Sequence record: NZ_CP102531.1
Direction: 5' to 3' (one strand)
Length of the DNA: 64,000 nt
Source: a plasmid
In this document: positions 19,528 through 27,764 of the stretch, in pieces
Numbering within the stretch: position 1 is the first letter of the stretch
How the letters are laid out: each line of letters starts with the position of its first letter
Notes under the pieces: generated by a model
Told to the model about the DNA's origin: nothing
What the model saw: the letters and a program-made list of their open reading frames with translations, nothing else
The model's database searches: none
Program-made: the position numbers and the translations under genes

Positions 19528-21075
19528 TTAGACCGTTTCACTGACTGTTACGGTCAAATTTTGCGTTGTTGTTTGGCCGAATTTATCCGTCACGGTATAA
19601 GTCAGCACATAGCTGCCAGGTTTACTGGTATCAACCGAACCTTCGACATCAACAGTGACATCGCCATAAGAACTGGTAGCCGTAACACTAGCCTTTGGAT
19701 CAAAGTGATCGCCAACTTTGAGTTTTGTCGGTACTTTAGACAGATCAAGGGTTGGCTTGTCAGCCACAACGTTGATAGTTACTTCCTTGACGGTCTTCTG
19801 TCCAAACTTGTCAGTGGCTGTATAAGCAAGCTCATAGCTACCAGGCTTGCTGGTGTCAACTGATCCATCTACAGCCACAATCACATCGCCATAAGGACTA
19901 ACCGCTGTGACATTGGCCTTCGGGTTAAACTGGTCTCCCACCTTGAGTTCCGTTGGAACCTTCGACACATCAAGTGTCGGTGCCGTGGCAAACACCGTAA
20001 CCGAACGTTTCAGCGTTGTCACAGCACCATTCTTATCAGTGACGGTATAAATTAGTTCGTAATCACCAAGTTTGCTGGTATCAACGTCTCCTGCAACCTT
20101 GATTTCCGTTGTGAGGTCACCATCTTGATAATCATCAGCCGTAACACCTTGTAACGGATCAAAGGCATGACCAACCTCAGTTTGATTGTTCCCCGAGACA
20201 TGAATAACGGGAGCGTCATTAGTCACGACAACATCACGCGTAGCACTCGTTTTGTGCCCTGCGCTGTCTGTCACTTGGTAGGTCACTTGATAAGTCCCCT
20301 CCGTGTTAACGTCCACAGTGCTGCATAACACAACCTTGTTGGTCAAATCACCATCTTTTACATCATGAGCACTTACACCGTCCATTAAATTGAAGGATTT
20401 TTGACCTAAATGCAGATGCAGGTCATCAGCAAAGGATATGGTCGGGGCTTGGTCAACTGGTGCTGGTGTTGGATTCGGATCTGGCGTTGGGTTTGGCTCT
20501 GGTGTTGGCGTTGGATTCGGATCTGGCGTCGGGTTTGGCTCTGGTATTGGTTCCGGCGCTGGATTTGGTGTTGAACTAGGTTCCACCGATGGCGTCGTCT
20601 TGGTATCAGTCGTCTGTTTATCTGTTAACGGTTTAGGTTCAGGCGTTGTTCCTGTATTGTCTGCCGCTTTTGGCGTGTTCTGTTCCGCTGTTGCCTGATC
20701 TGCCAACGAAATAAGGCTTTGACTATTACTCGACTCAAGCTGTTTGCTCAAATCATTTTTACTGAAAGGAAAGGCGACTACTGTTTGATCACTTTTATCG
20801 CTATTCGGCAGATCCGGAGCCAGGGCATCTTTTATGGTCTGATCGGCTTTGTTAGAGGAAGGCTTTGTGTTCTTCTGTTTTTGCTCGACCTTTTTTGACG
20901 GCGTCCGCCATTGCTTAGATGGAGTGCTACTTTTCTTGACTGATTGCGAAGCGGGGGCAGCGTTTAACTGATAAGCCGTATAGCCGCCGCCTCCCAAGAC
21001 AATCGCACTTATCAGCAAGATTGCTGCTGTTTTCTTTTTGTTGTTTGCCATGAATGAATCCTCCTTTTTCCGCAT
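19528..21075 (-). CDS. secreted surface protein with Pro-rich PxPxP linker and three to four Ig-like repeats, 515 aa, no LPXTG
   Basis: Signal peptide MANNKKKTAAILLISAIVLGGGG; PEPIPEPNPTPDPNPTPTPEPNPTPDPNPTPAP linker; repeated units of about 80 aa (...DGD..T..V....D....G.Y...Y.V.D..G...). Confidence 0.6.
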   Translation of the reverse strand: MRKKEDSFMANNKKKTAAILLISAIVLGGGGYTAYQLNAAPASQSVKKSSTPSKQWRTPSKKVEQKQKNTKPSSNKADQTIKDALAPDLPNSDKSDQTVVAFPFSKNDLSKQLESSNSQSLISLADQATAEQNTPKAADNTGTTPEPKPLTDKQTTDTKTTPSVEPSSTPNPAPEPIPEPNPTPDPNPTPTPEPNPTPDPNPTPAPVDQAPTISFADDLHLHLGQKSFNLMDGVSAHDVKDGDLTNKVVLCSTVDVNTEGTYQVTYQVTDSAGHKTSATRDVVVTNDAPVIHVSGNNQTEVGHAFDPLQGVTADDYQDGDLTTEIKVAGDVDTSKLGDYELIYTVTDKNGAVTTLKRSVTVFATAPTLDVSKVPTELKVGDQFNPKANVTAVSPYGDVIVAVDGSVDTSKPGSYELAYTATDKFGQKTVKEVTINVVADKPTLDLSKVPTKLKVGDHFDPKASVTATSSYGDVTVDVEGSVDTSKPGSYVLTYTVTDKFGQTTTQNLTVTVSETV

Positions 21076-21341
21076 TAATATGCTTCAACAAATCGCTTAA
21101 ACTCGTTCTGAGGGCGAACATAAGCCACGATCACGCGCTCTTTGCTTGGTAACACCCGCACGATCTCACCAATACAAGTTGTATCTGGCAGAATAGGCCA
21201 ACCGGTTTCGATACTTAACACGGCATGACGCAACTTCAACATCAATGCCTTCTCCTTTGGGGGTGGGAATCTGATTTCAAGAAGACCATTGTGCCGCTTA
21301 GCTTCCTTGATGTCTTTTGTTTGAAGAACCAAATTGAACAT
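21075..21341 (-). CDS. hypothetical protein (88 aa), second gene of the tra operon
   Basis: ORF track. Confidence 0.4.
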   Translation of the reverse strand: MFNLVLQTKDIKEAKRHNGLLEIRFPPPKEKALMLKLRHAVLSIETGWPILPDTTCIGEIVRVLPSKERVIVAYVRPQNEFKRFVEAY

Positions 21342-21352
21342 ATGATCACCTC

Positions 21353-21631
21353 TTATATCAAGTTTTTTGGGACGGACTTAATGCGTTCTCCGCTAATCAC
21401 TAGACTGCCGTCTTTTTTTAATTCAGCTGACACCACCTTTAGAACCAAAACATTTTTCAGCTGGTTAGGCGGCTTAATATTGCCAATCACCACCGTCATA
21501 CCAGGCTTAATTGGATAATCAGCATGATCCTTAACCCATGAAGCTCGGACTCGATAAGAAAGAGCATCATGATCTTTCGAAATCAACTTCAAATTGCGAT
21601 CATGTAACCAAATACCTACAGGTTCAGCCAT
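21353..21631 (-). CDS. hypothetical protein (92 aa from internal Met MAEPVG...), first gene of the tra operon
   Basis: AAAGGAGA RBS 6 nt upstream of the Met at 21631; the longer 132-aa ORF (to 21751) lacks an RBS. Confidence 0.4.
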   Translation of the reverse strand: MAEPVGIWLHDRNLKLISKDHDALSYRVRASWVKDHADYPIKPGMTVVIGNIKPPNQLKNVLVLKVVSAELKKDGSLVISGERIKSVPKNLI

Positions 21632-21828
21632 GTTCAGTCTCCTTTCTTTAACGCAAAAAACACCTGCAATTAGCTGGCATTTGGCGTTCATTATTTTGGC
21701 ATTAGCCAAGGCCGCTTCGTGGAATCGAACCACGTTTCCCAGTAGCGGCATTTGTTGTCCAGTGACACACCATTAAATTGCGTAGCAGAGCACAACTTTG
21801 GTAAAATGGAGGTACGTTAATACCTAAT

Positions 21829-21856
21829 AAAAACGCGCCCTAGGGCGCGCTTTTTG
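21829..21856. terminator. bidirectional rho-independent terminator (aaaaacgcgccctagggcgcgcttttt)
   Basis: Perfect GC palindrome flanked by A-run and T-run. Confidence 0.6.
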
Positions 21857-22013
21857 CTTGTTGACGATGTTTTTCAAGAGCTTCCTGTCGTTCCTCTTCA
21901 CGAGAACACAATCCGCTAATCCGAATAGTTGCAAGCTCACACAAAAGGATAAAGCCTAGTAATACCCAAAAACTGCATTTGAAAATCAGCCACAACATCT
22001 TAATCTCTCCTCA

Positions 22014-22199
22014 CTTTTCAGTTTTTGAATTGTAGGACGGTAAAAAGCCTGAATCATAAAGTCTTTTCTCAGTAGCAATCAACCGACACACCAATGTTGA
22101 GGGTCGTTCCTTAGTAACCTGACAAAGAGCTTTAAGCTGCTGCTTCTCTTCTGGCGTCAAGGTGATTTGGTAACGTTGATTATTTTTGTTGGCTGTCAT
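22014..22199 (-). CDS. small ribbon-helix-helix-like protein (62 aa, MTANKNNQRYQITLTPEEKQQLKAL...)
   Basis: GGAGGA RBS upstream; the beta-strand-then-helix start (YQITLTPEEKQQL) is RHH-like; the IS6 copy abuts its promoter region at 22216. Confidence 0.35.
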
Positions 22200-22215
22200 C
22201 TTTCCTCCATTCAAA

Positions 22216-23033
22216 GGTTCTGGTGCAAATTTTCCTCGCTGACTTGATTTTAGTATACTGGGTGCCAAGAAACGAGGGATTGCGCGCATGAATCACTTTA
22301 AGGGACGCCACTTTCAAAAGGACATCATCTTAGTAGCCGTTGGCTACTATTTCAGATTCAGTCTCAGCTATCGTGACATCGTTGAATTGCTTCGGGATCG
22401 GGGTATCACTGTTCATCACACCACGGTCATGCGTTGGGTTCATCACTATGGCCCCATCTTTAAGGCTCTATGGCGTCGGCATCAAACAGCTCACGCTAAA
22501 AGTTGGCGAATCGATGAGACCTATATTCGAGTTAAAGGCCGTTGGGCCTATTTGTATCGCGCTATTGACAGTAACGGTTTGACCATGGATTTTGAGCTAC
22601 GAAAACACCGCGATTATACCGCATCCTATCACTTTTTGAAGCGTCTCTTGACGACCAATGGTCGGCCTGATCGATTAGTCACTGATCAATATCGGGCAAC
22701 ACTGAAAGCAGTGAAGCACCTGATAAAGCAAGACTATTTGAGCAAATCAGCCCACCAATGTTCCAAATATCGAAATAATTTGATTGAACAGGACCACCGA
22801 TTCATTAAACGTCATCGTGTCCGCTCAGCAAGCTTTCAAAGCATTCGAACCGCTAGTGCAACGTTGAGCGGTGTGGAAATTGTTCACGCAATACGCAAAA
22901 GAACCCGACGAGAGTTAAGTCTCATCGGGTTCTCAGTCGTGGACGAATTAGAAGCATTGTTAGCTGCTTAACCTTTAACATAGTATCAATAGCTGGGTAG
23001 ATGTCCATCTCTTAGACTGTTTGCACCAGATCC
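22216..23033 (+). mobile_element. IS6-family insertion sequence, copy 2
   Basis: Same terminal inverted repeats and protein-identical transposase as copy 1; inverted relative to copies 1 and 3. Confidence 0.85.
22288..22971 (+). CDS. tnp: IS6-family transposase (227 aa)
   Basis: Protein-identical to the 1691-2374 product. Confidence 0.9.
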   Translation: MNHFKGRHFQKDIILVAVGYYFRFSLSYRDIVELLRDRGITVHHTTVMRWVHHYGPIFKALWRRHQTAHAKSWRIDETYIRVKGRWAYLYRAIDSNGLTMDFELRKHRDYTASYHFLKRLLTTNGRPDRLVTDQYRATLKAVKHLIKQDYLSKSAHQCSKYRNNLIEQDHRFIKRHRVRSASFQSIRTASATLSGVEIVHAIRKRTRRELSLIGFSVVDELEALLAA

Positions 23034-23045
23034 TTGTGAAGTAGT

Positions 23046-23786
23046 ATGGCAACCACAGCAGAAATATTGCAACAAGTGGCGGCAGGGCAATTAAGTCCGA
23101 CGGTGGCTGCCCAACAGTTAGAAGCAGGCAAAACAGCGGCATTAGGTTTTGCCAATGTCGATTTAGATCGTCAACGCCGCAATGGCTTTCCTGAGGTCAT
23201 CTACGGTGCTGGTAAGACGGCAACCCAAATTGTGGGTATCGTGCAAGCCTTGTCCCAACAGACGTTGCCGATTTTAACGACCCGGTTATCCGCAGAAAAA
23301 TTCGCGGCACTCCAACCGGCGTTACCAACGGCTGTCTATCATGCCACTGCGCAGTGTATGACGGTCGGAGAACAACCGGCACCGAAAACACCAGGGTACA
23401 TTGCCGTGGTGACGGCGGGGACCTCCGATCAACCGGTCGCTGAAGAAGCAGCAGTAACCGCGGAAACTTTTGGCAATCATGTTGAACGGGTCTATGACGT
23501 GGGTGTTGCAGGAATCCACCGACTGTTTGCCAAGTTGGATGTGATTCGTGGTGCCCGGGTGGTCATTGTGATCGCGGGCATGGAAGGTGCGCTGGCCAGT
23601 GTCGTTGGTGGACTAGTTGATAAGCCCGTGATTGCAGTGCCGACCAGCGTTGGTTATGGTACTAGTTTTCAAGGTATGACCGCGCTATTGACCATGCTCA
23701 ATAGCTGTGCGTCGGGGATTACCGTTGTCAACATTGATAACGGCTTTGGTGCCGCCTACTCAGCTAGTATGATCAATCAAATGTAA
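23046..23786 (+). CDS. larB: LarB, PurE-like carboxylase/hydrolase of nickel-pincer nucleotide cofactor biosynthesis (246 aa)
   Basis: PurE-like C-terminal half [34 protein letters not shown]; followed by larC, larD, larE. Confidence 0.8.
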   Translation: MATTAEILQQVAAGQLSPTVAAQQLEAGKTAALGFANVDLDRQRRNGFPEVIYGAGKTATQIVGIVQALSQQTLPILTTRLSAEKFAALQPALPTAVYHATAQCMTVGEQPAPKTPGYIAVVTAGTSDQPVAEEAAVTAETFGNHVERVYDVGVAGIHRLFAKLDVIRGARVVIVIAGMEGALASVVGGLVDKPVIAVPTSVGYGTSFQGMTALLTMLNSCASGITVVNIDNGFGAAYSASMINQM

Positions 23787-23816
23787 GATTCAGTTAACTG
23801 AACAAGGAGAAGATAA

Positions 23817-25079
23817 ATGCAAACACTTTATTTAGACGCTTTTTCGGGGATTAGCGGTGATATGTTTCTGGGCGCGTTACTCGATTTAGGACTTGATTTT
23901 GAGCAATTAAAAACCGAATTGGCTAAGTTACACGTGCACGGTTATGAATTAACGCAGCAACGGGAAGCCCAGAGTAGCATCTATGGCACGAGCTTTGATG
24001 TTCAGGTTGCGGGTGGTAAGGACCATGGTTTTGTGGAACATCACCATCATCAGCATGAAGCTGGGCATCATCATGATCATGAAGCGCGTCATTTAGCTGA
24101 TATTGAGGCGTTAATTGACGGCAGTGACTTATCAGATACCGTGAAACACCACGCGAAAGCGATCTTTATGGAAATTGCGCAAGCGGAAGCAGCGGTTCAT
24201 CACATGCCACTAGCTGAAGTTCATTTCCATGAAGTGGGCGCGTTGGATTCGATTGTTGATATTGTGGGCTGCTGTATTGGGTTGGAATTGATGCAGATTG
24301 ATACCATCATGGCTTCACCGTTAAGTGATGGTAGTGGTTTTATTAACGTTGCCCATGGTCAGATGCCAGTTCCCGTCCCAGCCGTGATGCAGATGCGAGT
24401 TGGTAGTGCCATTCCGATTCAACAACGGTTGGATGTGCATACTGAATTGATTACCCCCACTGGGATGGGCTTGGTCAAGACGCTCGTACGTGAATTCGGA
24501 CCGTTACCGGAAAATGCCGTGCCAACTAAAGTTGGTTATGGGTTTGGTAAACGGGACACGGGCGGTTTCAATGCACTGCGAGCCGTATTATTCGAAAAAA
24601 AAAAACTAAGTCAGCAAATCGTTAACCGGACGGCTGATGCTGTCTTAATGATTGAAGCTAATCTAGATGATCAGACGGGTGAAGGACTGGGGTACGTGAT
24701 GAACCAGTTATTAACGGCGGGCGCATACGATGTGTTCTTCACGCCCATTCAGATGAAGAAAGATCGGCCGGCGACAAAGTTAACGGTTTTGGGAAACGTT
24801 AACGATAAGGACTTACTGACTAAGTTGATTTTACAAGAAACGACGACGATTGGTGTACGTTACCAGACGTGGCAACGTACTATTATGCAACGGCACTTCC
24901 TGACGGTCGCAACGCCGTACGGTGACGTTCAAGTTAAAGTGGCGACATATCAAGATATTGAGAAGAAGATGCCGGAATATGCGGATTGTGCCCAGCTGGC
25001 GCAGCAATTTCATATTCCGTTTAGAACGGTCTACCAGGCAGCCTTAGTGGCGGTAGATCAATTAGATGAGGAGGCGTAA
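23817..25079 (+). CDS. larC: LarC, CTP-dependent nickel insertase (DUF111), full-length 420 aa
   Basis: N-terminal MQTLYLDAFSGISGDMFLGALLDLG typical of the LarC/DUF111 family; His-rich stretch HHHHQHEAGHHHDHEARH. Confidence 0.8.
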   Translation: MQTLYLDAFSGISGDMFLGALLDLGLDFEQLKTELAKLHVHGYELTQQREAQSSIYGTSFDVQVAGGKDHGFVEHHHHQHEAGHHHDHEARHLADIEALIDGSDLSDTVKHHAKAIFMEIAQAEAAVHHMPLAEVHFHEVGALDSIVDIVGCCIGLELMQIDTIMASPLSDGSGFINVAHGQMPVPVPAVMQMRVGSAIPIQQRLDVHTELITPTGMGLVKTLVREFGPLPENAVPTKVGYGFGKRDTGGFNALRAVLFEKKKLSQQIVNRTADAVLMIEANLDDQTGEGLGYVMNQLLTAGAYDVFFTPIQMKKDRPATKLTVLGNVNDKDLLTKLILQETTTIGVRYQTWQRTIMQRHFLTVATPYGDVQVKVATYQDIEKKMPEYADCAQLAQQFHIPFRTVYQAALVAVDQLDEEA

Positions 25080-25800
25080 TTTTTTGGTACATCAGTTGAT
25101 TGCTGAATTTATGGGCACAGCCCTAATGATTATTTTTGGGGTGGGTGTTCATTGTAGTTCCGTATTAAAGGGAACCAAGTATCGGGGTTCCGGTCATATT
25201 TTTGCCATTACAACTTGGGGTTTTGGGATTAGCGTTGCCTTATTCATTTTTGGCAATGTTTGCATTAACCCGGCAATGGTTTTGGCGCAGTGTCTATTAG
25301 GAAACATCGCATGGTCCTTATTTATTCCGTATTCCGTTGCGGAAGTGCTTGGTGGGGTCGTGGGCTCAGTGATCGTTTGGATCATGTATGCTGATCATTT
25401 TAAAGCCTCAACAGATGAGATTTCACCCATTACAATTCGGAACTTATTCTGTACGGCACCAGCCGTTCGTAACTTGCCGCGGAATTTCTTTGTGGAATTA
25501 TTTGATACATTTATTTTTATTTCGGGTATTTTAGCGATTTCTGAGATTAAAACGCCGGGAATCGTGCCAATTGGCGTTGGCCTACTTGTATGGGCCATTG
25601 GGATGGGACTTGGTGGTCCAACCGGATTCGCAATGAACTTAGCCCGAGATATGGGGCCCCGGATTGCCCACGCCATCTTACCAATTGCCAATAAAGCCGA
25701 TAGTGATTGGCAATACGGTATCATTGTGCCAGGAATTGCGCCCTTTGTCGGGGCAGCAATTGCCGCTTGGTTTATGCATGGCTTTTTTGGAATTAATTAA
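25066..25800 (+). CDS. larD: LarD, MIP-family aquaglyceroporin (lactic acid channel), about 240 aa
   Basis: MIP-channel hydrophobic repeats with IAEFMGTALMIIFGVG start; the annotated ATG overlaps larC by 14 nt, so the true start may be a downstream TTG/ATG. Confidence 0.7.
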   Translation: MRRRNFLVHQLIAEFMGTALMIIFGVGVHCSSVLKGTKYRGSGHIFAITTWGFGISVALFIFGNVCINPAMVLAQCLLGNIAWSLFIPYSVAEVLGGVVGSVIVWIMYADHFKASTDEISPITIRNLFCTAPAVRNLPRNFFVELFDTFIFISGILAISEIKTPGIVPIGVGLLVWAIGMGLGGPTGFAMNLARDMGPRIAHAILPIANKADSDWQYGIIVPGIAPFVGAAIAAWFMHGFFGIN

Positions 25801-25824
25801 ATTAAATAGAAGAAGGGTTTTATT

Positions 25825-26655
25825 ATGGCAACATTAGCAACAAAAAAAGCAACGTTAGTAGCAGCATTAAAGGATTTACAACGGGTCACCGTGGCCTTTT
25901 CTGGTGGAATCGACAGTACCTTAGTTTTGAAGATGGCCCTCGATGTTTTAGGCCGTGACAATGTGACCGCTGTGGTTGCGAACTCTGAATTATTTATGGA
26001 TGAAGAATTCGATAAAGCGATGAGTTTAGCCGAAGAACTAGGTGCTAACGTTCAAGGAACTACGCTAGACTACTTGAGCGATGACCACATCAAGAACAAC
26101 ACGCCTGATAGCTGGTACTATGCGAAGAAGATGTTCTACAGCCGGTTGAATGACATTGCGGCTAATAACGGTAGTGCCGCTGTCCTAGACGGTATGATCA
26201 AGAATGATGAAAATGATTATCGTCCTGGTTTGAAGGCCCGTAGTGAAGCGGGGGCCCGGAGCTTGTTACAAGAAGCTGATTTCTTCAAGACTGACGTTCG
26301 GGCCTTGGCACAAGAACTCGGTTTGACGAACTGGAATAAAGTGGCGTCATGCTCTGTATCTTCACGGTTCCCATACGGGACGACGTTGACACATGACAAT
26401 ATTGCTCAAGTAATGGCCGCCGAAAAATATTTGCGTAGTTTAGGTTTTCCAACGGTCCGGGTTCGTTTCCACGATGATATTGCGCGGATCGAATTACCAG
26501 AAGCACGGATTGGTGATTTCTTAGTCTTTAACGACCGCGTTAACCGTCAATTGCAATCACTTGGATTCCGCTACGTTACCCTTGACTTAGGTGGCTTCCG
26601 TAGTGGCCGAATGAATGATACGTTGACCAAGGCACAATTGGCCACTTTCGCCTAG
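25825..26655 (+). CDS. larE: LarE, PP-loop ATP-dependent sulfur transferase (276 aa)
   Basis: PP-loop SGGIDS motif (VAFSGGIDSTLVL). Confidence 0.8.
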   Translation: MATLATKKATLVAALKDLQRVTVAFSGGIDSTLVLKMALDVLGRDNVTAVVANSELFMDEEFDKAMSLAEELGANVQGTTLDYLSDDHIKNNTPDSWYYAKKMFYSRLNDIAANNGSAAVLDGMIKNDENDYRPGLKARSEAGARSLLQEADFFKTDVRALAQELGLTNWNKVASCSVSSRFPYGTTLTHDNIAQVMAAEKYLRSLGFPTVRVRFHDDIARIELPEARIGDFLVFNDRVNRQLQSLGFRYVTLDLGGFRSGRMNDTLTKAQLATFA

Positions 26656-26797
26656 GTCTAATCAAATTAATGATAGTGGTGTCGGGATTAATCGGAGATG
26701 GGCGGCTGAACGGCGGTGATCATGGTTCATTCGCCTATCCGATGATAATCGTAACCCCAGCCGATACGCACATGTTGCGATTATCGCCTGACACCCC

Positions 26798-26838
26798 AAA
26801 AAGCGCAGTTCAAGGCCGTCCTTGAACTGCGTTTTTCG
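26798..26838 (+). terminator. rho-independent terminator downstream of larE
   Basis: gcgcagttcaagg-ccgtc-cttgaactgcg then TTTTT. Confidence 0.6.
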
Positions 26839-26929
26839 TATCTTCATTTTTAGATCAACAGGCGTCAAAAGTCACGACGAGTTTACCAACGACTTGACCA
26901 GCTTGGAGTTGTTGTAAACCAGTTACAAG

Positions 26930-27747
26930 GGATCTGGTGCAAACAGTCTAAGAGATGGACATCTACCCAGCTATTGATACTATGTTAAAGGTTAAGCAGC
27001 TAACAATGCTTCTAATTCGTCCACGACTGAGAACCCGATGAGACTTAACTCTCGTCGGGTTCTTTTGCGTATTGCGTGAACAATTTCCACACCGCTCAAC
27101 GTTGCACTAGCGGTTCGAATGCTTTGAAAGCTTGCTGAGCGGACACGATGACGTTTAATGAATCGGTGGTCCTGTTCAATCAAATTATTTCGATATTTGG
27201 AACATTGGTGGGCTGATTTGCTCAAATAGTCTTGCTTTATCAGGTGCTTCACTGCTTTCAGTGTTGCCCGATATTGATCAGTGACTAATCGATCAGGCCG
27301 ACCATTGGTCGTCAAGAGACGCTTCAAAAAGTGATAGGATGCGGTATAATCGCGGTGTTTTCGTAGCTCAAAATCCATGGTCAAACCGTTACTGTCAATA
27401 GCGCGATACAAATAGGCCCAACGGCCTTTAACTCGAATATAGGTCTCATCGATTCGCCAACTTTTAGCGTGAGCTGTTTGATGCCGACGCCATAGAGCCT
27501 TAAAGATGGGGCCATAGTGATGAACCCAACGCATGACCGTGGTGTGATGAACAGTGATACCCCGATCCCGAAGCAATTCAACGATGTCACGATAGCTGAG
27601 ACTGAATCTGAAATAGTAGCCAACGGCTACTAAGATGATGTCCTTTTGAAAGTGGCGTCCCTTAAAGTGATTCATGCGCGCAATCCCTCGTTTCTTGGCA
27701 CCCAGTATACTAAAATCAAGTCAGCGAGGAAAATTTGCACCAGAACC
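26930..27747 (-). mobile_element. IS6-family insertion sequence, copy 3
   Basis: Identical to copies 1 and 2; same orientation as copy 1. Confidence 0.85.
26992..27675 (-). CDS. tnp: IS6-family transposase (227 aa)
   Basis: Protein-identical to the other two copies. Confidence 0.9.
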   Translation of the reverse strand: MNHFKGRHFQKDIILVAVGYYFRFSLSYRDIVELLRDRGITVHHTTVMRWVHHYGPIFKALWRRHQTAHAKSWRIDETYIRVKGRWAYLYRAIDSNGLTMDFELRKHRDYTASYHFLKRLLTTNGRPDRLVTDQYRATLKAVKHLIKQDYLSKSAHQCSKYRNNLIEQDHRFIKRHRVRSASFQSIRTASATLSGVEIVHAIRKRTRRELSLIGFSVVDELEALLAA

Positions 27748-27764
27748 TCAGAAAGGACTTCAAT

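Noticed and set aside
20438-20698. Plus-strand ORF encoding a Gly/Val repeat (GVGFGSG...)
   Set aside because: It is the antisense translation of the Pro-rich linker-encoding DNA repeat in the surface-protein gene.
21353-21751. The longer 132-aa form of the first tra-operon ORF
   Set aside because: The N-terminal 40 codons lack an RBS, while an internal Met has a strong AAAGGAGA RBS. The shorter 92-aa form is preferred.
23817-25079. Split larC1/larC2 annotation as in L. plantarum
   Set aside because: The reading frame is continuous across the A11 tract in this sequence. It is called as a single full-length larC, with the tract flagged as a finding.
26662-26868. 68-aa minus-strand ORF downstream of larE
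   Set aside because: Overlaps the larE terminator hairpin. No RBS. Arg/His-rich translation of GC-rich intergenic sequence.
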